Assembly (NCBI GenBank): GCA_964252035.1
Contig: OZ176200.1
DNA from: Podarcis erhardii
Lineage: Eukaryota
Direction: 5' to 3' (one strand)
DNA length: 64,000 nt
Both the position numbers and the translations under genes were made by a program. Shown here one piece after another: positions 26,739-37,829 of the stretch. Each line of letters begins with the position of its first letter. Position 1 is the first letter of the stretch. Below the pieces are notes generated by a model. The model was not told the DNA's origin and did not search any database. It worked only from the letters and a program-made list of their open reading frames with translations.

Positions 26739-26879
26739 CGGTGGTGGACTCTCTTTCATGGAAGGCTTTTAAACAGAGGTGGGATGGCCATCTGTCGGGG
26801 ATTCTTTAGCTGTAATTCCTGCATTGCAGGGAGTTGGACTACATGATGCTTGGGGTTCCTTCCAACTCTACAATTCTAG
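26739..26879 (+). mobile_element. CR1 LINE 3' fragment
   Basis: gtggtggactctc...ttttaaacagagg...ccttccaactctacaattcta. Confidence 0.75.
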
Positions 26880-27089
26880 GAAAACTTTCCTAGTCCTATT
26901 ATGCAGGAGGAAACAGAGGCCACCCTCTGCCCAAAGGTCTCAAAGTGAGTTGGCAGTATAGTTGCAATTCCACTCTGGAGTCCCAGCTCCCACCCACGTG
27001 TACAGCTGCCACAGGGCAAATCTGTGGCACATGCTTTCATCACACCACCACCCTTCCATTGTCCATGGGCCATCCTTGCCCTCACTCAC

Positions 27090-27189
27090 ACTCCAGATTA
27101 CCCATAAAGAGGTAGAGCCATGAGATGAGGAAGATCAGGGTCACGGTGGCAAGCAGCAGCTTCAGCTTCCCACGCCAGGGGCACAGCAT
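27090..27189 (-). CDS. LARGE2: LARGE2 coding exon 1, type II transmembrane anchor (MLCPWRGKLKLLLATVTLIFLISWLYLFMGNLE)
   Basis: gccaccatcATG at 27189; donor T|gtgagt; the exon acceptor is at 27247 (ctcttgcag|), so the promoter lies further upstream. The 14 coding exons sum to 2223 nt = 740 aa + stop. Confidence 0.94.
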
Positions 27190-27203
27190 GATGGTGGCAA
27201 AGG

Positions 27204-27239
27204 TCATGTGGGCAGGCCTAGCCGCACCGGAGCCAGCAT
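27204..27239 (-). CDS. uORF in the LARGE2 5' leader (MLAPVRLGLPT*)
   Basis: aggATGc at 27239 to TGA at 27206-27204; its stop overlaps an ATG at 27207 that is in frame with LARGE2. Translation is unproven. Confidence 0.4.
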   Translation of the reverse strand: MLAPVRLGLPT

Positions 27240-28459
27240 CCTACACCCTGCAAGAGAAGAACAAAAGAGTGAACCAAAAATGTTAACCAGCAGAATTGAT
27301 CCTCAAAATGGAAATGGAGGACTTTGCTAGACTTGGCTTTCCAGAACCAGCAACAGCAGCAGCAAGCAGCTGAAACATTTACCCCCAACTTTGGGTTCTG
27401 ATGTGAGTCCACAGCCTATGCATTTTGCACCAGCAAAGTCTCCTGATTTGAGGTCAACAGCCACATCCTCCTCTCCCATGAAGCCTCCCCAGTAGCGGGG
27501 GCCATTCTCCAAAATGGCCAAGGGTGTCTTGAAACATGCTGGAACTGCAAAAGGTGTCACCAGGACGTCTAATAGCATTCGTGGGCACTGACAGCAAGCT
27601 GACGATCACATCTGAGGAAGCCAAGGAGTCCTCTCTGAGTCCCACCAGCCAGGATTTGGAAAAGCAAAAAGGATTCTACTCTTTTAACTCCCTTGACTTA
27701 GCAGTAGATAATTTCCCAGTAGGAACTTGCCAAACAAAACTCCTTGAACTCTCAGCTGTGTGCTTCATTCCACCCTAATCAGCACCTGAGTCATCCAAGC
27801 TGAACCCAGTTCTAGAAATGCATGGCAAAGGGTAACATGAAGGTCCCTTGTTTTAACATATATTGCTGAAAATGATGCACACAGAGAAGACTTAACCCCC
27901 ATAGAGGAGATGTGCCATGCACATATTCAAGAAAAGCCCCTGATATCCTGAGGTCCTCCAAACTCACAGCCCTTGCCACTTAACCTAGCACTCCTTTGTT
28001 CAGCAAAGGCAATTCACTAATACTTTCTTCCCAAGAGAAACTTGCAGCCCAGAGTATGAACAACAGCCAGTGCAGGTCATTGGAAACAGTGTTTGGTTTG
28101 GAGATAAGGTAGATGTCCTTGCTCAGCCATGAAGCTCACTGAGTGGCCTCTCGTAAAACATTATCTCTCAAACTACCTCAATTCACAGAATTTTTGTGGG
28201 GACAAGAATTCCAAAGCACTTTATTATGCTGAAAAGAGCTACAGAAGTGATAAAATTAATACCTACATTTCTGTTTAACAGCTTGACCAGAGCAATCTTG
28301 CGCTACCAAACCCTGGTCTGATGAAAGACAGATTTGTCAGTGTGTGCATGGCTCAAACCCTGTTTTCAAAGTTAGGGCCCGGCTCTGCAGTGAGTTAAAA
28401 TAAAATTAAATTTCTGCAAGAACGCATAGAACAACTTCCTCAGAGTTACAAACAGAGAG

Positions 28460-28736
28460 CAGGGCAGGAAGATTAGGAGAGCTGGGACTTTCCAGATAAG
28501 AAGATATAAATTGATGTTCAAAGCAAAGACAGAAAACTGAGAAATGACTACTCTTATGCAAGAAAGGAGATTCCGACTAAACATAAGGAAGAACTTTCTG
28601 ATGGGAAGAGCTGTTCAACAATAGAACGGACTTCCTCAGAAGGTGGTGGACTCTCCTTCCTCTGAGGTATCTATGTAAAGAAAGGATGGCTATCTGATCC
28701 TCAGGGTCGCTTCCAACTCTACAATCCTATGATTCT
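28460..28736 (+). mobile_element. CR1 LINE 3' fragment
   Basis: aacataaggaagaactttctga...gtggtggactctccttc...ttccaactctacaatcctatgattct. Confidence 0.75.
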
Positions 28737-29280
28737 GTGCAACGGGCTTCTCTCATGTCATCAGACTTTGGGCACCTCCTGGGGGTCAGGGGTCAGATGC
28801 ATATTTTCCATTCACAAGCTCTCTGCAGTACAAAACAGGCAAGATAGACACTCCAGGTTGTGGTGGTCATTTGCTTGGCAACAGGACTGACTGGGCAGGC
28901 ACAAAGCTGTGCAAGGGGTGACTCTGAACAATGAGGTTAACAGTGTACCAGAGAATAGGCACTTCTCTTTCCCCTGGATACCTTCCAGGGTCCAAAAGTT
29001 TTACTCTGCAGCATCAAAATGAGAGCACGGAAGAACGGCAATGTGGAGATGCTATCAGAACTGTGATGCACACCAAGAGAAAGGAACTCAAAATCAAGAG
29101 TGCAGAGAAGTTGCTCTGTGCCTTCCTGCCTGAATCAGTAGCAGAGAGAAAGGCAACAGTGGTGGTGCATAAATGGCTGGACCACCACAAACCCACAAGC
29201 AAAATCCTCAGGTTTCTTATGCTTCAGGTGCGCCCTAGTGTGCAGTCCTGCAGTCTTCACTGTGCCCCAGGTTGGTTGTA

Positions 29281-29608
29281 CAGTGGTGCCTCGCAAGACG
29301 AAATTAATCCGTTCCGTGAGGCTCTTCGTATAGCGGTTTTTTCGTCTTGCGAAGCAAGCCCATTGACAGCTTAGCGGATTAGCGCTATTAGCGGTTTAGC
29401 GGCTTTTAGCGGATCAGCTGTTAAGCGGCTTAGCGGCTTAGGAAAAGGGGGGGGAGGGGAAAAACCCCGCAGGAACTCGCAAGACATTTTCGTCTTGCGA
29501 AGCAAGCCCATAGGGAAATTCGTTTTGCGAAGCGCCTCCAAAACGGAAAACCCTTTCGTCTAGCGGGTTTTCCATCTTGCGAGGCGTTCGTCTTACGGGG
29601 CACCACTG
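29281..29608 (+). mobile_element. MITE family A copy
   Basis: Same TIRs and TA flanks; near-identical to the reverse complement of 46829-47155. Confidence 0.93.
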
Positions 29609-29679
29609 TACTTCAAATGGGTGCTGATGCATAACTGAGCTGCTGACATCTGAACCTCACGGCTGACACAGAACTTGGT

Positions 29680-29830
29680 GTTCTGGCGGCGGGAGCGATA
29701 TCAATGTTGAGTCAGAGCGCACTGCGCTGTTCCCAGTTTGAGAGCGCTCCTGCCACTTCCTGCCACCTTGGTGCTTCAGACAATGCGCATGCACACACAC
29801 ACACAGCCTTTGATGCTAGCAATGCAATTG
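29680..29830. promoter_or_regulatory. Candidate enhancer in the long LARGE2 intron upstream of the ATG exon
   Basis: CpG-enriched patch with TGAGTCA (AP-1), CACTTCCTG (ETS), TGCGCATGCA (NRF1-like) and CCTTTGATG (TCF/LEF) within ~110 bp. Confidence 0.45.
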
Positions 29831-30169
29831 CAAATGTTCCAGAATCAGCAGCTCCCTTCAGTGATGTGAGGCAAGCTGTGTGTATACCTCGGCTGTCCTA
29901 TTTGGCAGTCTGCAGAGTCAGCTATATGGAAGCCACATTTAAGCTTATTTCCATTTACTACCACATTTAAGTTTTCTAAAACAAACACAACAGGTATTAA
30001 AATCCAACAGAATAAAGGGAATGTCAGACAAGATGGGGAAAGGCAAGAGGAAATGATTGAAGGAGTGTGGGACACACAAAGCAAGCAGGGCCTTTTAGCT
30101 TCAAAGCTAAGTTTCATCTCTGCCATGTGATTTTATACTGCCTTCACTTATTTTTGTTGCTAATATGTA

Positions 30170-30473
30170 CCGTATTTTTCGCCCTATAGGACACACTTTT
30201 TCCCCTCCAAAAATGAAAGGGAAATCTGTGTGCGTCCTATGGGGCGAATGCAGGCTCTCCAGGCTTCAGGAAGCTATCAGCAAGCCTGGGGAGCCCGCGG
30301 GAGTTCTCGCAGGGCTCCCTAGGCTGCGGATAGCAGCCTGCTGCCCGGAGCGTGGGGCGCGCTGAAGCCGCAGCTGGGGGGGGGGGATAATTTTTTTTTC
30401 TTTATCTCCCCCCCCCCAAAAAAACCTGGGTGCGTCCTATGGGCTGGTGCGTCCTATAGGGCGAAAAATACGG
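30170..30473. mobile_element. Tc1/mariner-type (Tc2/pogo-like) MITE, family D
   Basis: Perfect 23-bp TIR CCGTATTTTTCGCCCTATAGGAC, TA on both sides, subterminal gtgcgtcctat repeats, CpG-rich core. Confidence 0.9.
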
Positions 30474-31170
30474 TATATGCTGTTATTTTATGAATTTTAG
30501 CTGGGGGTTTTTAAATTCCTTGACCATGTAAGCCATACTGAAAAGCAGCAGGATGTAAATATCTAAATAAATAATATTTTAATGGAAGAGGAAAAACAGG
30601 TAATTTGTGGCCCTCCAGATGATGTTCAATTCCCATCAGTTCCAGCTCGAATGGCCACTAGTAAGAGATGATGGGGAGTTGTAGTCCAGCAACAACTGGA
30701 GGAACAGGGTTAGCTACCCTTGCATTAGGAATGGCAGACAGACAGTTTTAACCCAAGAGGCACAATTAATTCTCTCCTGCATAAGCCTCACTGAAATGAG
30801 CACCATATCAATGGAGAGCGTGAAAGAAAACATCCTGGCTGCTGGTTCCCCATCTTTACCTATGGAATTTGGGCCTTTGGCCCCCAGGCACCAACATGTC
30901 TTAGGGAAGCCCTGATCTGATATAGTCCCTCGCAAAGCTGTCTTGCAGATCTCACGTTAAGTGGGCCCATCAGTAAAGACCATCAGACGATGAACAGATG
31001 CTGTACTTGCCCTGCACCTTTTAATTGGCAGAACATCGAAAAAAATTAGCTGGCCAACAGAAACCAATTTTAAATCTATGAACATTTTAAACAAGTGGGA
31101 CTGTGAGTTAAGGGAATAGAACTTTGGGGCAATGTTGGCGTGCCATTCATTTGGCTAATGTGTAACTAGC

Positions 31171-31173
<3 letters not shown>

Positions 31174-31203
<30 letters not shown>
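31174..31203. repeat. (AC)15 microsatellite
   Basis: Direct reading. Confidence 0.97.
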
Positions 31204-31205
<2 letters not shown>

Positions 31206-31259
31206 TACACTTAACTTCACTATCTCATTAATGAACCTAGATTTGGCTTTGGGTAATAC

Positions 31260-31430
31260 GCCTATTTATTTAATTTATATTTAATTTCTTACATGTATAC
31301 CTCACTTTTCTTCTATTATGGAACCCAAGGCAGCATACATGCAGTCTAGCAGGAGGGACCCATCCAGGCACTGAGCAGAATCAGGCTTGTTTAACTTCAG
31401 CAAAGTTGTGGGCTCATATGCCTTCAGACC
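31260..31430 (-). mobile_element. Putative 5S-rRNA-derived SINE with L2-like tail
   Basis: Core gaagttaaac...cctggatgg aligns ungapped to the 5S internal control region (26/39 by my hand count against recalled 5S); downstream gctgccttggg...gaaaagtgaggtatac plus AT tail. Confidence 0.55.
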
Positions 31431-32874
31431 ATACCTTGGGTCAACAGACAGATGATCAATCAACTAATAATTCTTTTAATTTGGTGAACAACCCAACTGT
31501 GAGCAAAGCCCCTGGATTTAAATGGGTAAACGCTGTGGAATTAGTAGTTTCCAGTCATCAGAAAATGGGTACATGTACAGAGCTGTCAGAAATCTCCAAA
31601 AAGAATGGTAACATAGAAATTCCATTATCTAGACTTGGAGGCATCTTTCCCCATGCCCATAAGTGGCTGAATCCAGTCTCTTTCTCCAGTGACTGGCAAG
31701 CATTAAAGGGAAGCAAGAGTTTCTCATGTGATTTTTTTTCCAGCTTAGCATCCTGCTGTTCACAAAGCTAATCCTTAAGCCCTCCAGTCTCCAATGCGCC
31801 TGCTGCATTCCTCAGAGACCCATGAGGCAATTACCAACCAGACAGAGGCTCCATTTAGGTTGAAGGGTCACTGGCTAAACCAAGTGGAAAACGCATTCAT
31901 GACTGTTCCCTGATCTTCCTCATTTCCCTGCTCACCGGAGTGCAAAGGCATCAACATCTGTACCTACCCATTAACACCGTGTGTCTAAAACAAACAAACA
32001 ATAAACCCTAGCCCAGACAGTCTCTCATGGGTTCCATGTCTTACTTGCATATATGTAAAATGCAAGAAGACCAGACAGCCTTTGCCGTTTGCCTGGTATG
32101 GAAGAAAGTGAGACAGCACAGGCAAGAAGGCACAAACTAGTTATTTATTCATTTATTTTGCAAAGGAACAGGGAAAACACCTGCTATAATCAGTGCATTA
32201 AGGGGAGGAGAAGACATTGTTGCGTGTTTGCCTCCTTAAAACTTTTACACAACCAACTCCAAGCATCACAGATCTGATACCCAGCATTGCTTCAAAGGGT
32301 GGGTGGGGGAGCCCAGATTTTGTTGTAAAGAACATAAGCCTTGGGGTGATATGTGGAGAGAAGAAGAGAGGGTGCATGGGTGGAGTCTACCATATTCACA
32401 AACAACAATTCCCACAACCTAACATGCTATTGTGGTGCATATTCTTTGAGGGCCCCTATTTGAACAGAACTGTAGGGTTCTATTATACAAGATGTGCAAC
32501 TGAGTTTGTGGACCAGGTTATGATTTCCTAGCACTTCAGTCGTCCCCGTCCCCCCCCCCCCCCGGGTAGAGTTATAAGCCACACCACCCAAGCCGCATAG
32601 CCCTCATTAGCAGCAGCCTCTAGGAACAAGGTGGCCATATCAAAGGCAGCTGCATTCATACTGTGATCTGGAAAAGCCTGTGCTTCCTTGAAAAGGGCTC
32701 CTCAGCAAGAAGATCAGGAAAGAAAGACAGGATTTCCCATCACAGACAATCTTTTGCTGTAACGTACATCTGTAGTGATGTGAAAGCCCTGAATATAGGA
32801 AGTTTACAAACCACCATTCTAAGGTTGAGTTTGAAACTCAATCACTCCCATCTTGCCCTGCATTCTCCCTGTTT

Positions 32875-32998
32875 TGTCGCTCTTTTTAATTTTATTATGT
32901 TTATATCCCACCTTTCTTCCGTCCAGGCACTGCCCAGAGCCAGACCTGTTTAGCTTCAGCCAAGTGGTGGTCTCATACAGTGCCTTGGGGCCATATCC
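32875..32998 (-). mobile_element. Putative 5S-rRNA-derived SINE with L2-like tail
   Basis: Core gaagctaaacaggtctggctctgggcagtgcctggacgg gives 28/39 ungapped matches to recalled 5S; then gaagaaaggtgggatataaacataataa. Confidence 0.55.
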
Positions 32999-33700
32999 TG
33001 TGACTTCCATGGCAAGGACTTTGGAGACAGGAACCCCACTCCTAAGCTGTACTGTACAAGACTGTTACCTATCCCCAGCTCTTGGGACGGGGCTGACTTC
33101 AGTTCCAAGGTTCTAAAAGAGGTTTTTAGAAAAGTAAGAGCAGTTAATTATAAAGCGGGTGACTCTTGGTGGGAAATGGTGTCTCTCTTGTAAAAAAGGG
33201 TTTTGCCTTTTATAAAATAACAGTTGAGATTCTGCCTGCAAGTGAGCTTTCCAGTGGTATTTGACTGTGTAAACACATCCACATACTATCAGTGATAACG
33301 ATGCTAAAGCAAGGGGAGTTATGCTACAAGCTGAAGGAATGCAATGTGTCTGAATAACTCCCAATTTTATTCAGGCTGCAAACTCCAAGGGATCAGGTTG
33401 AACTTTTGTAGCCTCATTAGTTTGCCCTGTAAGCTGTGGATTCCAAGGCAAATGAGAAGAGCTTCCCACATCTCTACTTCATGCTACAAAGCTTAATCTC
33501 TCACTGCCGGGAGATGCATATTGTTAGTGTTTAGGTATCCAAAAGCCAGATTCCCAGGATGTGTATGGACATGTTGGCGAGGCCCCTCTGTCAGGTTCTA
33601 ATCCCATAACTTTGTTCCAAGAGAAAGGCAATGCTCCATAGCTTGATCACTGCCCCACAACCTAACATCCTAGATAAGAACAGTGAAAAGCATTCACATA

Positions 33701-33942
33701 CAGTGGTACCTCAGGTTACAGACGCTTCAGGTTACAGATGCTTCCGGTTACTGACTCCGCTATCCCAGAAATAGTACCTCGGGTTAAGAACTTTGCTTCA
33801 GGATGAGAACAGAAATTGTGCTCTGGTGGCACAGCGGCAGCAGGAGGCCCCATTAGCTGAAGTGGTGCTTCAGGTTAAGAACAGTTTCAGGTTAAGAACG
33901 GACCTCCGGAAGGAATTAAGTTCTTAACCCAAGGTACCACTG
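33701..33942. mobile_element. Tc1/mariner MITE, family C
   Basis: TA-CAGTGGTACCTCAGGTTA...TAACCCAAGGTACCACTG-TA; internal caggtta repeats. Confidence 0.9.
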
Positions 33943-35989
33943 TATTGCCTTTCCACCCCCATACACAGGAATCTCCTGCAAAAGGGCTGCCTTACTCAAG
34001 AAGCCTATTAGTGTGCACATCAGATGAACATTACTGGTGCATGCATCCACTCACTTTGCTGAACACAGTGCTGATTCATGTTCTTTTTATTTATAACACA
34101 TGTCCACAAAAGGAAGGCAAATGGTCATGTAAACATTTAGGAAAGGAGTTGCAAAAAGGCCATAAAGCCACTTGTGTGCTAATATTAATTATTCATATAG
34201 CTCCTGGGCAAGTGACAGAATAATGACTCCATGCCTGAGATTTGCATTAACAACAGCTGGAGGTTGTGCAGGAACCTTTCTTTAGTCATAGGACTAAAAA
34301 AAAGAAAAAGGCTGGATTACTAGCCAGTCATCCATTCAGAGCCCTTGTGCCTATTGATGCACAGAACTTTTGATGAGTCTTTAAAGTTGGGGGAGGGGAG
34401 AGAAGGTGTGTAAGGTCTGTAGGCAAAGGAACTGCTCTCCATACCCTTTGTAAGGATTGCTCAATGAAAGGGACATGCAGTGCTGCTGTTCAAACAAATA
34501 ATGAAGCCCATCACACAGCAGGGGATTGATTCACTGTGACACAACTGCAACCCCTTCCTATGGTGGACCCCTGCAGTGCCCAGATGCAGAGGCCCCCAAA
34601 TCCTCACACATCCTAGAAACAAGACAAGCAACTTTGAGGAGCCTTTTAAGTGAGGCTGCCTGGATATAGGTCAGGTGCACTGAGCTGGGGTAGAAGCTCT
34701 AGAAAGCAGCAAGTGCCAGCATGACACCCAGTTTCATAATCCCTTCTCCTGCTGACATCATCATTGCTGGAGGGCACACCAACTGCTGAAACCCTGCTTT
34801 CTTGATCTTTCCAATAAAACCACTGTGCCAGCTAGATGCAATAGAAATATCTGTGTCAGGAGAAGACTCACGGGCTGTGCACCCTTCACCCTGTCTATGC
34901 AGATCTCGGCCTAGAGGAAGGGGGATGAAAGAAAGTGATAGTTTGGGTTAAGGAAATAAGGAAAATAAGAGAAGAAATTTCGGAAGATAGGTAATATATA
35001 TATTCACTTGAGAGGCATGTAGAGGAAAGGAAAACAAAAGAAAAAGCTTTCATCAGCAAATGCGGAGGACATCACAATACTTCCAAAACAAATGTTTGTA
35101 CTTAGCTTGAGATAAGTGAAGTGATGGGACACCTCTGCCACAAGGAAAAAGCTCAAGCAAAGAACTTCCAAATATGGCTTAGATCTCAGTAGAAAATGAT
35201 GCCAGTAATTGCCAGTGGGTTATGCCAAACTCTGCCTCCACCTGGCACTGTGACTGGTTCTGCCTACCCTCCCTGCACCACCATTTTGTAACTGGTGGGC
35301 CTCAGTAGTTTTCAGCCGTCTCAAGTGGGCTTTAGAGTTGGAAAGTTTGAGGACCGACCCCTGTTCTAGATGCTGCCTTACACCAAACGGCTACAGGATC
35401 ATACAACACTGGCTAATTATGAAGACGACTGGAGGATATTCCTAATTCTTAGGAAAGGCTACAGTAGATCAGTAGCAGATCACACACTTTGCATGTAACC
35501 CCTTCCCTGTCCATTCAATCATTTGAACCACCAGCTCAGGGTGATGCCGTGCAGAGGCAGTGCTGATTAATGTGGGCACCCCTGAACAGAGGCACCAAAG
35601 GCCAGTCTTCCATGAACCACCCTTCGCTGTTATGCACACACGTCCCAATATCAAGTTTTATTTATTAAAAGCACGTTACCTAGCTATTGAGTGGAAACAG
35701 CGCCTTAGATGTTACCAATAACAAGGCAACCCCTGCCCGTTCTAATCTAAAAGATGTGACACAATGGGGGGGGGGGGTTTGAGGTTGGGAAGAGGCAAGC
35801 AACGTCTGGCAGCAGCGAAGTTACAAAGTTCTTCCGATCAGCTTGAATGAGAAAGGGAGGGAGAGGAGGAGCCAGATAGCTGGTCTCTTTGAGGTAACCA
35901 GACATTAAGAGATTCCCAGGAGGTGTACAGCCCTGCTGGGGGGTCCCTTTTTTGTTCAGTCCTGTTCGAAACCCGCCACACACACAAAC

Positions 35990-37260
35990 ACACTCACTCA
36001 TTCACAGAAGGGGTTTAGGAAAAGAGCGAAGACCTAACCTGCGCCGCCCACCTTCCGCCGCGGCTTGTGAGTGAGCGGGTCGCCAGAACCGCGCGGGCGC
36101 GACGGGCCAGTAAACTGAGCTGCTGGGAAAGAGGAACGAGTGAGCTACCGGGGAGCGAATGCCGCTGCTGGGGCGGCCTCATACTAGAGAGATTAAGGAA
36201 GTTTCAAGGGTCCTGGAAACCAGCGCAATAGAGAGCGCACTTTCACTGGATGCTGGGGGGCGGGGAAGAGTGTGTGGCTGGGGGTAGAATTCTGCGCACC
36301 TCCGTAACTGCGCAAGCACACCGCCCTCACCCCAACCACCCCCACCGCGCGCTCTGCGCCCCCGGGGCAATGCCTTCCGCAACCCTGATTACGCGCGAGG
36401 TAACAAGCAAGGACGCAGCGCGATCTCTCGCCCACGGGGAAGCTGGTGGGAGGCGCCACCCGTGTTGCTTCACAGGGACCTCCGAGCCTCTGCATCTGGC
36501 CCGAGGATCCTCTCCCCTCCTCCCCTTTCCTTCCCACCTGCTGCAGGCGCTCCCAGCAAGCCCAGGTGTCCTTACCTGGCTCTTGTCCTCCGGCCGCCGC
36601 CTCTCCCCCCCCCCCGGCCCTGAGCTTTGCGCGCAGCCCACAGACAGCAGCGCCCTTTTCTACGCTTCCTCTGCCCTCTTTTCCTTGCTTGCACACGCCT
36701 CCCTTTGGGATCAGTCACTTTCCTCTCCCTTCTTTTGTTAATTCCCGGAGCCGGGGCCTCCCCTCCCCTCCCCGGAAGGCGAAGAACAAAAGGAAAGCCC
36801 ACAAAAGGGGGGGGGGGAAGGTTACATTAACTTTCTGTTCAGCCATCGCAAAGTCGCCCTGGGCAAAGGGGAAGCCGCCTGCTCCGCCCCCCCCTACCTT
36901 GACTCAGCCGAGCTGCCCCTTCCTCCCCTCCGGTAAGTTGAGGCAAGAAAAAACTCGCATCGCCACCGGAGGGCTCGAGAAAAGCGCCGGCGCTGCTAGA
37001 AGTGCCAAAAATAAAGTAAACACAGAGGGTCACCGCTGCCCACGTGAGAAGCGGCGCGGCGTCCCGGGAGCTCCGAGAAAAGCGCCTCGGCTGGGAGGAG
37101 GAGGAGGAGGCGAGAGAAAGTGGCGGCAATTAACTCCGCAGGCGCCGGGGCTGACCCCAACTCGGGACGCCTGGCAGCAGCAGCAGCAGGGTCGAACCCG
37201 GATGGGGGAATCCTGCTGCTTGCGGGCGGAGGGGTGGGAAGCCCCCGGGACCTGAATCCG
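35990..37260 (-). promoter_or_regulatory. CpG island, probable main LARGE2 promoter; candidate first exon ends at 36576 (CCAG|gtaagg)
   Basis: Dense CpG, GC boxes, AP-1 site TGACTCA at 36900-36906, strong minus-strand donor; first CpG island upstream of the LARGE2 ATG exon. Confidence 0.75.
36039..36122 (-). other. LARGE2: Candidate LARGE2 non-coding internal 5'UTR exon
   Basis: Branch-like ctcac + tcgttcctctttcc + cag|cag (NAGNAG) acceptor and GCAG|gttagg donor; no ATG inside. Confidence 0.55.
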
Positions 37261-37517
37261 ACAGTCAGCCGAGCCTGACCTGAAAACCCAACTCTCGGCT
37301 TAGTTCGTCCTATAAAGAATTAACACGGCGGGTCCCTGCCCTAGAATGACATGCTCGCTGCACTGTTTGAATGGCACCTGCTCATGCCCATCTAGTTTCC
37401 TCTTACTGTTTTTATAACACACACTCGTGCATGTTTACACAGAGGTAAGTCCCGCTGCATTCAATGGGGCTTGCTTCCCTGTATTCACTAGGAATAAATC
37501 TCACTGGGATCAAGCCT

Positions 37518-37579
37518 TTGTTGCTGTTGTTTAGTCGTGTCCGACTCTTCGTGACCCCATGGACCAGAGCACGCCAGGC
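37518..37579 (-). mobile_element. BovB (RTE) LINE 3' tail fragment
   Basis: Reverse complement gcctggcgtgctctggtccatggggtcacgaagagtcggacacgactaaacaacagcaacaa is the typical BovB 3' end with a (CAA)n-like tail. Confidence 0.8.
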
Positions 37580-37829
37580 AACTTTTGAGGAAAGATGGTG
37601 TGATAAGAATTTTAAGGCTAGGAGTGAGCTTTTTTCTTTTTTAATAAAGGAACACGGAACTCCTGTATCGCGGGTTTCCCACAAGCATCTAGTTTGCCAC
37701 TATGAGAACCAGATGCTGGAACTAAGCTGGACCACCTGGCTCTTATTTCTTACTATACACCAAGATCTATGGCCGTGCAAAGAGAGAGATGCATCGAGTG
37801 TGCCTGTTTGCTCGCAGGCGAGGTTGGAG

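Noticed and set aside
31345-32998. Functional 5S rRNA genes
   Set aside because: Only ~67-72% identity over 39 nt, no full 120-nt gene or T-run terminator; treated as SINE heads.
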